From the NCBI RefSeq assembly GCF_009914755.1, contig NC_060926.1: a DNA stretch of 64,000 nucleotides. One strand, given 5' to 3'. This document shows positions 13,078 through 26,568 of this stretch, one piece after another. This DNA is from the human T2T-CHM13v2.0 reference genome, Homo sapiens. Both the position numbers and the translations under genes were made by a program. Positions within the stretch are counted from its first letter, which is position 1, and the number at the start of each line of letters is the position of its first letter. The notes beneath the pieces are model-generated. The model was not told the DNA's origin, searched no databases, and was given only the letters and a program-made list of their open reading frames with translations.

Positions 13078-16000
13078 CGCCGGGTGGGTGATCTCAGGAC
13101 CTGATATTCTTCCGCCGTCGACCAGGGTTTGAAGATGCCCACTGGATAGGAATTCACCAATTCTCCTCTGAGTTCATTTTCTAAAGGATAGAGCGACAAC
13201 ACAAAATACCTTAAGTAAGAGAAGGGAGGAGGGCATAAGGAGGGTTTGTTCCCCTGTGCTGTGACACTCACAACAGCTACATTTCAAGATAGGTAACTGC
13301 ACCTTGAGAAGATGTGTAAATAATTTTACTCAGAAACCTTGTTATATAAACTCTAATAATGGCTAACTAGAAGTACTTTTTACACATTTAGTTAATTTAC
13401 TTTGAAACCTAAGATATTGAGGAGTTTTAAATACATGTCCTAGGTTTGAAGGTAAAACCATATGCACTTAATATTTAGGTTGAGCCATTACTGGCCCATT
13501 TCTCAGATGATTGCTTCTTTAACGCTTTGATGTAATTAGAAAACAATTTAATAGGGGAGAAATATTTTGCATGTTTATTTTTTGGAAATAATAGAATTTC
13601 ATTCATAAGAAAATATAGTTTGCTGATGACAAGGCCACTTCCAAATGTCAGCTCAACTTTATCTTACTATCACAACAACAAAAGAAATTACCTTCATTAA
13701 TGGAAATGTAGAAATTATTAACTTTCTATCATGTTTTTCTGCAATGTTATCTCAGTATTAGAAACCATTGACTGTTTTAATTTGAAGAAGAAATATCCAT
13801 ATTATTTCAAAGTCTACTATCAAAGAGAGAATTTATTTTGTTAAACAAAATGATGAGCTAGAAAATCAGAAAGTGAGAGGGTGATGCCTCAGTTAGGGAA
13901 GCCATTGTTTCTGGTGCAAACCTCCTAATTCCAAGAGGCTTATTAAAGTGCGTCTATGGCAATAACAGACAAGTGTTAATGGGCCTCAGTGAAGTGTGTC
14001 AGGAGAACGAAGAGACCCTGAGGGGCTCCCCATGCTGTTTATGAGCAGCTAGATGCAGCAGCATTACCATAAATCCTCTAACAGATACTGTACTTCCCGC
14101 CTGTAATAAGATGATAGCCAGAGTGCTTAGCAAGTGGAACTTGAAATAAGATAACACAAGATTTCCTAGGAAACACAAAGGCAGCCAATAAAATGCAACC
14201 ATAACAATTATTATTATTTCCCCTAATAAGAATTTACTAAAACAAACACATAAAGAACAAAATAATGCCAAAATAGATACATGGAGCTAGAGAGGTTTTA
14301 AAATTACCCTGAAAAATCAAGGTTCAAAATTTGAATGAGAGTTAGCGTATTCGTTTTGTTGCAAAGTCTACAGATATCAGTTTGGAGTTATTTTGTAACA
14401 TTTAAAAATATACACTTAGCTTTTAATACAAATTATAATTTGGGGTTTTATTTATAGCAGTGCACAGCTATCTACACTGGAAAATCTCTGATAACAATGG
14501 TGTGTTTTATGGCTTTTTCTCAACACCCACATAGTATAAATGCAAGGAATTCTTGCAGTTTCTTCCTCAGGCAAATGCCCCTGAAACATTTTTGCATCAG
14601 ACATACCACCTTGAAATCATCTACAAAGATTCAGGAGCATTCACCCTGGACAAACAATGGCTTCTTTTACCTAGGTTTGCACTCTGACCATTAATGCTCA
14701 CAATTCAGACCCACGTCCTTGTGAGACAGAGACAGACGTGACAGCGCATGTGGAGACTCCCTCCCAGACAACGCAGTTTGATGAGGATGAATGTGCGCTT
14801 AGTGGGTACTCACTGTGAGGTGGCCTCTTTTATTTTGACCTTTTTAACTGGGTCCCTACTTCCTCAATCAGATTATACTAAGGCAACTAGCATATAAACT
14901 TGACATTATTGATACTGACATAATATTATGATTTAAAAATATAACTATTCATCAAATGTTATTGATTGTATGGACTGTCATTACTGCTGGGTTAGCAAGA
15001 CCCATCTCAGCCAATCTTGGTGTGAACATTTGTTGAGTGAATAAATCTCTCTGAAGTTCAGGTTCTGTATCTGACAACAGCAGGGCTAGGCTAAAAGTTT
15101 AAATCTGTTTTTTAGCACCAAATGCTTTAAGTAAGAATCCCACTGCTGTGGCACCTGATATGAATCCCCAGGCAGCAAGTGAGCCATGAGTAGAGAAGTG
15201 TGGTGCTCTCCTTGTGAGGCTCACTCAGACCTCCTTTCTATGTGTGTTGTATGTTGAGTGTGAATTCGTAGCTTTGAGTCTTGGCTCAGTGGTTTCGGGA
15301 ATTATCATGCAAATGTCCTCTCTGAGAAGGGCCTCCACCGTGGGGCACTGCTGAAGGAAGGAAGAACCAAGCCTGTCTTCCTCCACCCTCTCTTGCCAGG
15401 GCGGTGCCCACCACCCCTGTGGGACACAGATGGAAAGAAGCCAGCTCCTGGTGACTTTTCCTGGAGGTATCAGCATCTGAGGTGCACATATTCTTTCCTG
15501 CTATCATTGCTTTTCTAAGATTTCTTGTCAAGAAGACCTTTTGTTTAGCTAAGTGTTGCTGAAACAGCAGTGCCTGTGCCTGTCTGGTAACCTGAATCAC
15601 ACCTGTAGGATTAGCTACTAGTGGAAATGGGTCACGCTCTTTGTTTTTCACCCTAAAAGCTCCGTATGAGATTGGTTAAAAGATGAGAGCTACACGTTGA
15701 TAGTGCTTCTTTCTCAGACGTATAACACTGAACAGCAAGAACCAGACAAATGCCTGACAAAAGCCCACCTCAGACACCACCGTAAGGAGAAGGCGAAACC
15801 ATCCTCTGTGAACTGAGTTTCAGAGGAGCCTCTGCAAGGCAAGGATGCCCGAGCCTGGTTTTACATACTTTCCTGGACCCTTGCCTCGATACTGTCTGAA
15901 CAGGAAAACTGCTTTAAGGTTTTCTGTGTCCTTCAGCAATCAAATTTGGGATCCATAATGGCTGGAGAGGACAGCACATCACAGCAGCAGGGCTGGAGGG

Positions 16001-16691
16001 CAGTCCTGGCCGCCTGTCCCCATTGTGATTGGCAGGTGCATCTCCAGCTCTTCCGCCTGTTTCTGTAGCTCATCTCTACTGACTAACAGCCGTAGGAGCT
16101 CCTTGCTCGGGGGCTGGGTTGAGATGAATAAGCTGCCTGTACTATGGAGTACATAGCAGGTTCTCCATTAGCCTTTCCTGGCTGAATAAGGAGCTTGTTT
16201 CCTTTGTACCAAGTTAAACGGATTTCAGTTAGCTCACTGCGTTGCTCACAGCCTTTGCATTAGGCTGTGCTCATGAGACAGTCACTCAGCTTCTAGTTGG
16301 AGATGAGATTTAGGATATGTCCACTTTCAGTTTTTCAGAGAAAAGAAAGAAATGGTCATTTTCAGAAGATAATAATGACCATATAGACAATGAAAAGGAA
16401 ATATATAATCAAATAATTAAATAAATAGGGACATCTTAATAAGAAAAAGTAGGAAATCAGGAAAAGAATGTACAGCCAGTTTTAAAATCACCCTTCTCGT
16501 TTTTAAACACTCATGTACCCTTTGCTTTAAGTCTAGGTCAGTTACATATTTGTGGGATGGCTTCAATTATTTGGAACATTGGAAAGTATTTTTGGCAATT
16601 AAAAAGGTTCGGGTCTACCTCCCATACACGGACATTCCCATCTCAGTTTTTGCCGTAGATCACCTGTGCAATATCAATATTTAGGACATAA

Positions 16692-16997
<306 letters not shown>

Positions 16998-17329
16998 TAA
17001 CCTTAATTTCAACTTCTAAGTAAGACACCACTGATTCCAACATGTCAACTAACCACATAAAAGGACACCAGCAAATGCAATTTGTAACCTGGAAGTATGT
17101 ATAGATAAAGACATCACATGAATAATCTATCCTCTAGTTTACTAGCTATTCTTAGACATGTACCTAAAGCCACAATTGCATTGTTTCACAAAACTAACAC
17201 TGAAGTGGAAACAGGTTTGTTTCCCACTGTGGCTCAGAGAGGGCCGGTAGCACTCCCACTGCTGAGGAAGGGGATGAGAGCCTTCCCCGTCTGCTGTGTA
17301 GCGGGGACGATGTCGTCAACAGGACTGTC

Positions 17330-18260
17330 ACACAGGTTTGCGTGGATGTAAATGGAACAACCTTGTTGTGTCGGGAATTTGGCAGTGTGAATGAAAATTT
17401 TCAATGTGCATATGCTAGCCTGACAATTCCAGTTCCTGGTATCTACCAAATATATATTTAGTCACACATATGCATAGATACCTGCATAAAATGTTTCAAT
17501 GCAATATTGTGTATAATCAAAACTCTTCAGTGATAGAATGGTTAGATTATTTGTGGTAAATAGGCAATCTAAGACTGACCTATAAGCACTGACAAGGCAG
17601 AATCCTTAAGATGTGTAGCAAAGTGACTAGAGGATGGTACAGGGAAGCATACACAGTGTAACCTGTTCACATACGACAACCTAGAACCTAGGGTGTATTC
17701 GTCTGTTCTCACACTGCTAGAAAGAACTGCCTGAGACTCGGCAGTTTACAAAGGAAAGAGGTTTAAATGACTCACAGCTCCACATGGCTGGGAAGGCCTC
17801 AGGAAACTTACAATCATGGCAGAGGTGAAGCAGGCACATGGTACATGGTGGCAGGTGAAAGAGAGAATTTGAGAGAATCCAGGGAAAACTGCCTTATAAA
17901 ACCATCAGATCTTATGAGAACTCACTCACTATCATGAGAACAGCATGGGGTAGGGGTAAACCACCCCCACGATCCAATCACCTCCCACCAGGTTCCTCCC
18001 CAACCCCTGGGGCTTCCAATTCAAGATAAGATTTGGGTGGGGACACAGAGCCTAATCATATAATAGGGGCATGTCTTATATTTACATGTGCATGTGTGTG
18101 AATACAGAGGAAGATGCCAGTGTGGACACAGACCCAGTGGATAGCTGAGATGATCTTTGGAGACAGGAGTAGGGTTGTGACAACTAAGAAAAACTTTCAC
18201 TTTTTACTGCAAATACTTCTAATTGTTTATTTCATATATATACTGTTTATTTATAAATAG
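17330..18260 (+). mobile_element. Very old L1ME-like 3' fragment hosting the THE1 LTR
   Basis: 'tgtaaatggaacaacc...aatttggcagtg...caattccagttcctggtatctacc' resembles the L1 ORF2 end and 3' UTR. Boundaries uncertain. Confidence 0.45.
17694..18063 (-). mobile_element. THE1 (THE1D-like) MaLR solo LTR
   Basis: 370 bp, 'tgtattcgtctgttctcacactgct...aggcctcaggaaacttacaatcatggc...gatttgggtggggacacagagcc'. 5-bp TSD taggg at 17689-17693 and 18064-18068. Confidence 0.92.
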
Positions 18261-19719
18261 ATAAAATATTTATTTTATATAAACAGACTGTAATAATTTA
18301 CTTGATTGCCAAAGAAAATCCATGTAACATTTATGTAACAAAATAAACTGAAAAATTTAATGATTTATCTATTAGTATTTTCAAAAGATATGTGTCAATT
18401 ATTATAAAAAATGACTAATAAATTTAGGTTAGAAATTTACACTCCCAAAGTCACGTAATACTTGTAAGCAACTTGCACTCCCCAGACCCCCAAGCCATTT
18501 GCTGCTTTACAATATAGTTGAAGACAGGCCCTGGGATGCACTGGCTGTCTACAAACCAATAAACAATGTGGCAAGGACATCACATTTGTGGCTGATTAGA
18601 TCATTCTAGCTCATTAAAAAACCTTCTTCCATGTTAAGCAAAATGATATAGAAGAGCAAAGAAAAATAGAGGCAATTAGAACAAAGGCGGATTGGTGCCG
18701 TGTCAGAACACAGAAGGTTGTCTGGTACCCTCGCCCTCCTTCCTTCTGCAGGAAGGTGTTGGTGAGGTGGGCCTTTGGGGCTCTCTCTGTCCCCTCAGGG
18801 TCTGCTGTTTGCCTGCAGCCCACTCATGGATAGTGAGGACTTATCACCAAGGCAGACCCAGCAAGAAACACACTTGGTAGAATGGCTTTTGGTATTGTTG
18901 AATATCAGCAGTGAAAGCAATCGTAAGGATAGTGCAGCCTGCCTCTTCATTTTTAGATTTGGTCATTGAAGTCCAGAAACCCTAACGAACCTGTACAGGG
19001 TCAAAAGAGAAGTGAGCAGAAGGCCCAGGACAGGGTGACAGGTATGCAGTCCCCATCACTCCTTTCTCCAACAAAGTGAAAAGTAGTTTAAGGAAATCTA
19101 AGATTTAATTGCAGTGAATTTTATTAATAACAAGCTTTAGTCTTCAGGGCACACGGGAGAAGACGTTTCCATGGGGCTTAGAAAAAGTGAGGAATAGCAT
19201 TAACCAAAGAGCAGTAACTGGGTTCTGCCATTCACATCTTACAGGCAATACCTGCTCTGGGAGCCCTTGAGCATAGGAACCTGGGGTACTGCGAACGAAC
19301 ACCCAATGCCCCCACACACATCCCTGGCCAGCAGCTGTAGGACATGGCCAAGGAAGTGGCTCATCCATCCACAGAGCTTTCAAGGCTTGCAGGTGCCTTC
19401 TGAATTTTGGAGAACCCAGTGGTTCTGCATCTCATTGAATCCAAAGCTTCCCAAGAGGCAAATGCCCAGATAAATCCCAGTCAGAGGACTCAGGCATAGC
19501 CCTGCCTTCCTTTCTTTCCTGGGAAGCCCCTAGGCTCAGATACTGAGTTCTGAGTTAGCTTAGATGAGTTCACTTCACCCTCCCTACCAGACCCCGAAAC
19601 CTGTTCCTCCTCCCTTCACGCTGAGAGTGGAATCTCTAAGAACATGCCTCTGTTGTGGATGCCTCTGACCAAGAATAAGTCCACATAGTGACCATGATTT
19701 GTATTATTATCGTTATCAT

Positions 19720-19900
19720 GACAACACCTTACACGTGTATTCCAATTTAAAGTTAAAAGTTATTTCACACACAAACATGTAAAGGAGGTAGAATTATGCC
19801 TGTTTTACAGATGAGGAATCCCAAGTTCCACAAGCATTGCTTTAGTGAGTGAGGAACAGTAGGAATCGGAGCTGGAACTAAAAGCACGCACTGTAGCCTG
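19720..19900 (-). mobile_element. MIR SINE
   Basis: 'gaggtagaattatgcctgttttacagatgaggaa'. Confidence 0.6.
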
Positions 19901-20694
19901 GTTCCTAGGTCTCCCGAAGCTTGGTGACATGTTATTTCTCAATTCCTAAGACTTACCACCACCTTATGTGACCTTTAGTTTAAGCTGCTTTGTCCTCTCC
20001 ATGTTCCTCAAATATAAACTATACTTCCTCACTTTGGTTCACACCATGCCTCTCTTTATGCACATCTCAAAGATTTACCAGCCTTCACATCAAATCCCAT
20101 CATTTCTCTACTCAAAGACTTTTAGATCATTCTGGCCCTCAGGAGGAGGCTGTTCCTCTGAATGATCAATGAGGTCATCCTCTCGCTGATCCGTTCATAC
20201 CTTCACACACTGTTTCACACAGCCAGCCAGTGATTCCACTGTTTGCCCACTTCTGCTAATGCCACTGTTGTTATCAAAGAAACTAGGGTGCTTGAAGATG
20301 GGGATTGCACCTGTTCATTTTTGTATTACCAGGGGCCAGAGGAGAGAGAATCCATTAAATGAATGAATTGAATAACAATAATGATAATAGAGTTCACTTC
20401 ACCCTCCTTCCAAGCCCCCCAAGGAACTCATGGCTCCTTGAGAGTACAGAAGATGTTTATTACTTGGTGAATTCTTCATTTGTTTAGCATAGTCCTTAGC
20501 ACATAATATGTACTCTCAAATAATTACTAATCAAATGGAAAAACATAAGCTCTTAAAAAAAAAAAAAACAACAACCTGTATCAGGAAAGAAGACGAGAGA
20601 GCAAGTGATCATTTGAATCAGTGGTGCTACCTTAGGAGTGAGTGCAAGTGGCAGAGAGACAACTCGATGTGGGTGTGTGGAAACTGTGCCTGAA

Positions 20695-21505
20695 GGTGTA
20701 TGCGAACCTGTGTGTGTACCTGTGTGTGCACCTGTATCTGTACCTGTGTGGGCCCGTGTGTGTACCTGTGTGTGCGCCTATGTGTGTACCTGTGTGTGTG
20801 CTTATGTACCTGTGTGTAGCTGTGTGTGCACCTGTATCTGTACCTGTGTATGCCTGTGTGTGCACCTGTGTGTTTTTGTATGTACCTGTATGTGCACCTG
20901 TATCTGTACCTGTGTGCCTGCATGTGTGCCTGTGTGTGTGCTTGTGCATGTACCTGTACCTGTATTTGTACCTGTGTGTGCCTGTGTGTGCACCTGTATC
21001 CATACCTGTGTGTACCTGTGTGTGCACCTATATCTGTACCTGTGTATGCCTGTGTGTGCACCTGTATCCGTACCTGTGTGTGTACCTCTGTGCTTGTGTA
21101 TGTACCTGTGTGTGCACCTGTATCTGTACCTGCATGTGCCTGTGTGTGCACCTGTAACCGTACCTGTGTGTGTACCTGTGTGTGCTTGTGTATGTACCTG
21201 TGTGTGCACCTGTATCTGTACCTGCATGTGCCTGTGTGTGCACCTGTAACCGTACCTGTGTGTGTGCTTGTGTATGTACCTGTGTACCTGTGTGTGAACA
21301 TGTATCTGTACCTGTGTGCCTGTGTACCTGTGTCTGTGCCTGAGTATGTACCTGTGTGTGCACATGTATCTGTACCTATGATCTATGTGTGCCGTGTACC
21401 TGTGTTTGTGCCTGTGTGTGCACCTGTGTATATCTGTGTGTGCACATGTATCTGTACCTGTGTGTACCCGTGTGCGTGCACCTGTGTGTGTACCTATGTG
21501 TCTGT
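20695..21505. repeat. Complex TG-rich tandem repeat (TACCTG/CACCTG/TGTGTG modules)
   Basis: About 810 bp, with a near-exact 92-bp higher-order duplication (21089-21180 vs 21181-21264). Explains the HTQV/CVPV ORFs. Confidence 0.95.
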
Positions 21506-22019
21506 GAAGTGAGACTGAAAACATGAGAGTCTACCTGGCTCTCTGTTGTCTCTGACACACAGAAACTTCATGAATGAAATCATGTTACTGATTGCTAGCT
21601 GAACTCTCCTCAATTTTCAGAGAGTCCTTGGGAAGAAAATCAGAATTCTAGCAGTAAGCCCCGCTCTTAAAATATATAGAAATTACCGTCTGTCAGAGGC
21701 TGTGGATGCAGAGTGTGATTTAAATGTGCTATGAGTTTAACTTAAAGCACAGCCACACATTTCAACTAGAAAATCCTAATGGTAGGGGCATGAGTGTACT
21801 TAAGGCCCTTCATCTGTGACAGAGTTGACCACGTGGAAGCGCTTTGTCTTCCCGGATGCAGTGCCAAGGACTGGGGGTGCTCCCCTGCTCTCTAAACCTG
21901 CAGCCTTTTCCTTCACACAGCAACCACAGGAGGGTGCATGCCGAGAAGTGAGATTCATCTGCATAAATACATCCTCCAACTAACTGCTTCCAAGTGAGAG
22001 AAAAAGGACTTTCCACGTT

Positions 22020-22185
22020 CCAGCACTTCCATGCTCATTATTTCATTTGATCCTCAGAACAACCCTGAGAATAGGCAACCGAGATATTATTAGCTCTATT
22101 TTCAGAGAGAAACTGAGGTTCAGAAAGGTAGCTTGCCTGAGGTCACAGAGCTGGGATGGGGACCCAGGTTTCCAGGCTGGACATT
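22020..22185 (-). mobile_element. MIR SINE
   Basis: 'atttcatttgatcctcagaacaaccctgaga...gaaactgaggttcagaaagg...cttgcctgaggtcacagagct'. Confidence 0.8.
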
Positions 22186-22255
22186 GACAAGTGTCCACCC
22201 TGGCAGTCACCTCCCAACTCCCATATGTAACAAGCTTTCAGAGCAAAAATGAATG

Positions 22256-22402
22256 GCATGCCCCACTCTGACTACACTGTGTCTTGGAACCATGGCCACG
22301 GACAGCACGCCCCACTCTGACCGCACTGTGTCTTGGAACTGTGGCCACGGACAGCACGCCCCACTCTGACCGCACTGTGTCTTGGAACTGTGGCCATGGA
22401 GA
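22256..22402. repeat. Minisatellite, 49-bp unit x3
   Basis: Unit gcacgccccactctgaccgcactgtgtcttggaactgtggccacggaca. Confidence 0.95.
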
Positions 22403-23925
22403 GGTGACCTCCTCTCTGCAGGATCTGATTTCAGTGGCTTAGGAAGGGCCTGTCCTCCAGATTGTTAGAACAGTACCCATGCCAATCGCTGAAACCCTTC
22501 CATTGGAAATCCAGTTACTTGAACACTTTTTTAAAAGAATTTACCTTTATAAGTGCAAATGATTCTGGGCTAGCTGATATTTTGAGTCACTATTGATTAA
22601 AAAGATATTAATTTTTCATGGAACAAGGAAGATGTTTGCAATAGTATGGCCAGCATCTATCCTCATTCTCTGTCCCTCTCTCACACCCATGTACCCCCCA
22701 CACTCTTTCTCTCTCATTTTCAGTCTGTATTTCACAAGGAAGAAAGCCAGACAGTAGCAATTGCCTGGATTTGGATGGAGGATTTAGGGAGGGCTGGAGG
22801 CTTAGAAGCAGGCATTGCGTCGGTTTTTCAAAGCACAGCATGCGCTTTGCAGCTAACCAGAAAGGCATGCTCTCTTTTTCATTTGGCCACTGTTTGTTGT
22901 GGATGTCTCCCTTTGGGTTTTGGGGAAGGAGCAGTGGTTTGGGAATTGCTGGCTTCCTACCAAACACCACCAAAGAGCAGTGCAGTCCCAGCGCGGCCCA
23001 CAATGGCAGGGACTGAGATGGATAAACATCACAGTAGATAAAGACTCGCACAGCCTGGGCCTCCAGGCAGGACAGAGTTGCAGGGGAGAGAAGGAGGGAG
23101 GTCATCGCTTCTCCTCTAAGTAAGGAAGGCTGCAACAGGGATGCCCACAGTGCTCAGGGTTACGCAGAGGTGAGCGGACTCTGCCACAGAGGTGGGGAGG
23201 TTTTCCGAGGAGCAGCAGCTGAGCTTTGAGAAGGTCATGTCATCAGGCTATGGATGGTGAGTCACAGAGGGAGATCTCCTGGACAGAAAACAGTAACACA
23301 AAAAGCATGGAGCAGTTGGAGGGAAGGGTGTGTTTGGATGGTAAGTCCTGGGGGAGCCTGAATTGTATCCCTCAGGACCCAGCGAACCTCCTGGCCTCCC
23401 CTAGAGTAGTGAAGAGCCAGGTTGCTGTTTTAGAACAGAGAGGAGGGGAAGAGACAGAGAGGAACGAACCTGGGGGAAGTAGACCACGAGAGAGCTGCTG
23501 GGGTGAAGCCTGGTCACAGAGAGGCTGCTCACCTCTGTGCAGGGAGAATAAGTTCCCACGGGAGGGGAGGAGAGAAAGGGTGGGGCCAGGCGGTAGGAAG
23601 AGAGAAGGAGCCTGGAACCAAGCCATCCTGTTTCCTAAAGCTTGCTTTGTTTCCATGACTCTAGAAGCAGTATAAAAGAAACATCCTTCCAGTGCACAAA
23701 GCTTGCAAGAGAGTAATATTATGAATGTTTGAAATCATGCTGTACTTGATGGCCCTGTAAGGTAATGATGAGGTTCTCAGTGTGATGAGGTAGAGATCCA
23801 TATTTTAGCACATATTCTTCATAGTTGCAGCTCTCTGTAAAAGTTATCAGCATATGACAATTCAGAATCCCACATGTAGTTTCTTGCAAACTATATACTA
23901 GAAAAAATACTTTGGAGATATAACT

Positions 23926-24310
23926 AAAAGAAGGAAGGAAGGGAGGGAGGGAAGGAGGGAGAGGAAGGAAGGAAGGAGAGGAGGGAAGAAAAAAGGAAGG
24001 AAGGAGAGAGACAAAGGAAGAAAAAAGGAAGGAAGGAAGGAGAGGAGGGAAGGAAAAAGGAAGGAAGGAAGGAGAGAGACAAAGGAAGAAAAAAGGAAGG
24101 AAGGAAGGAGAGAGAGGAAGGAAGAAAAAAGGAAGGAAGGAAGAAAGGGAGGGAGGGAAGAAGAGAAAGAAAGAGAGAGAGAGAAAGGGGGAGGGAGAAA
24201 GAGAAAGAGAGAAAGAAAGACAGAAAGAGAGAAAAAGAAAAAGAAAGAAAGAAAAAAGGGGAGAGAGAAACAGAGAGAGGGAGGGAGGGAAAGAAAAGAA
24301 GGGAAGGAGG
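23926..24310. repeat. Polypurine (GA-rich) low-complexity tract
   Basis: About 385 bp of almost pure A/G with an internal ~68-bp duplication. Confidence 0.95.
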
Positions 24311-25079
24311 TAGATGGCTTGAATAATGTAGGTCATGCTGAGGCTGTTCACAATTTTAAACGTCTAAAAAACACAGCTGATATCTACCTAGAAGGAATCA
24401 CTAATAAATCATACTGTTTCAATATTATCTAAATATATTCTTATTAATGACATACAAAGTAATAAATACATTACAGTGTTAATGCATGTGTGTGTTCAAG
24501 AGAAACAAGTAGAAAGTAAACACAAGACAGAGTTCGTCCCTGTAGATTCCACAGTGAAAATGTGCAGCGCCCATAAAGGTTGGGACAGAACGGACGAAGG
24601 CCCTCAGTGCTTCCAATCCACTGACGTTTATTTTCAGGCAAAGGCCCATTTTAAATACTTTCTATCAATGTTAAAATGATGAGTTTAATGTGTCAAAGTA
24701 GCATGCTTTTAAAAATTGGGGATTTTTTTCATGGGATGATTTCATCAAGTAAAAATCTCCAGGCAAAAATATCCTACACTCCAATTTGCCCAACCTCCTC
24801 TGTCCAAACAAAGGAATAACACTCATCTGAGCAAGACCTCCTCTTCCCGCCTAAGCCTCCCCGCACCGCACGCCCACCAATGGGCTGGCGGCCTCTCCAG
24901 CAGAGCCGGCAGATTTCCCCAGCTGTGGGAGGAAAGCTCTGTTCTCTTCCTGTGATGATATAAGCCTCTCCTCATCCGTCAGCTTCAGTTGTAGGAGAGA
25001 CTCCTGCCTAAATCGGTGGTTGGGGTTGGCTTGAGGTTTCCAGCTACCCAGAAAGGGACCCGCCAAGAGAGGCCGCAGC

Positions 25080-25235
25080 TCGGCACTTTAGCTGGCAACT
25101 GTGCAAAGCTCCACCCCATGAGTAGTTGCATTGCTTCGGGTAAGCTTCGCCACCTCTCTGGCCTTTACTTTTGTCATCTCTGAAATGCAAATAGTAATTG
25201 CGTCTACTTTAGAAGGCTTGTCAGAGGATCCACTG
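25080..25235 (+). mobile_element. MIR SINE fragment
   Basis: 'cgggtaagcttcgccacctctctggcctttacttttgtcatctctgaaatg'. Confidence 0.5.
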
Positions 25236-25607
25236 AGACAGCACAGCTCCTGCATTTAGAAAATGCCCTCATGCTGCAAACCTTCCAGTCACCAGCCAGC
25301 AACTCTTCCATATCCATCCAATAACTCTCTGTTCTGCACCTAATAAGCATTCCACTCTTATATACAAGCCTCCTTATAAAAGGCCTAGACTTAAAAATAA
25401 TAATAATAGCAAACACATTGAAGGTAAATGGGAATGAGGGCACTTTCAACACACAAAGCTTATATAACATATTTGTGCTATTTAATTAAAATGTAACTAG
25501 TCATTCAGTACTGTGTGGTTTTTGTTACTTCCTTGTATTTTAATAGCTCTGTTCAAATATGAGTAACTCACCACAAATTGTGTGGCGTGCAAACTAATAT
25601 ATTCACC

Positions 25608-25626
25608 TGATTGGCCTCCACACGTG
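25608..25626 (-). promoter_or_regulatory. CCAAT box next to an E-box at the CpG-island edge
   Basis: ctgattggcc (GGCCAATCAG on minus, NF-Y consensus) adjacent to CACGTG at 25621-25626. Motif match only. Confidence 0.3.
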
Positions 25627-26568
25627 AGGGGGACGCAGCCGGGCCTCCTCGAGTCCCGCGTTCCTTCTGTGAGGGGGACGCAGCCAGGCCTTCCGGGCCT
25701 TCCCGAGTCCCGCGTTCCTTCTGTGAGGCGGACGCAGCCGGGCCTCCTCGAGTCCCGCGTTCCTTCCGTGAGGGGGACGCAGCCAGGCCTTCCGGGCCTT
25801 CCCGAGTCCCGCGTTCCTTCTGTGAGGCGGACGCAGCCGGGCCTCCCAGACGCCCGCGTTCCTTACGTGAGGGGGACGCAGCCGGGCCTTCCGGGCCTTC
25901 CCGAGTCCCGCGTTCCTTACGTGAGGCGGACGCAGCCGGGCCTCCCAGACGCCCGCGTTCCTTACGTGAGGGGGACGCAGCCGGGCCTTCCGGGCCTTCC
26001 GGGCCTTCCCGAGTCCCGCGTTCCTTCTGTGAGGGGGACGCAGCCGGGCCTCCCAGACGCCCGCGTTCCTTACGTGAGGGGGACGCAGCCGGGCCTTCCG
26101 GGCCTTCCCAAGTCCCGCGTTCCTTCTGTGAGGCGGACGCAGCCGGGCCTCCCAGACGTCCGCGTTCCTTCCGTGAGGGGGACGCAGCCAGGCCTTCCGG
26201 GCCTTCCCGAGTCCCGCGTTCCTTCCGTGAGGCGGACGCAGCCGGGCCTCCCAGACGCCCGCGTTCCTTCCGTGAGGGGGACGCAGCCAGGCCTTCCGGG
26301 CCTTCCGGAGTCCCGCGTTCCTTCCGTGAGGGGGACGCAGCCGGGCCTCCCAGACGCCCGCGTTCCTTACGTGAGGGGGACGCAGCCAGGCCTTCCGGGC
26401 CTTCCCGAGTCCCGCGTTCCTTACGTGAGGGGGTCGCAGCCAGGCCTTCCGGGCCTTCCCGAGTCCCGCGTTCCTTTCGTGAGGGGGACGTAGCCGGGCC
26501 TCCCCGAGTTCCGCGGTCATTATGTGAGGGGGACGCAGCCGGGCCTTCCCGAGTCCTGCGGTCCTTAC
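25624..26568. repeat. CpG-rich VNTR forming a CpG island (19 units of 45/54/63 bp)
   Basis: Units start at GTGAG (25624, 25669, 25723, 25768...). The 54-bp unit is the 45-bp unit plus a 9-bp ggccttccg, and the two alternate as a 99-bp dimer. Confidence 0.96.

Noticed and set aside
20627-21558. HTQV/CVPV-rich ORFs
   Set aside because: Translations of a TG/CA-rich simple repeat.
23719-24351. 210-aa F/L/S/P-rich ORF, and GGAA microsatellite as an EWS-FLI1 enhancer
   Set aside because: The ORF is the polypyrimidine strand of a low-complexity tract. Consecutive GGAA runs are only about 3 units.
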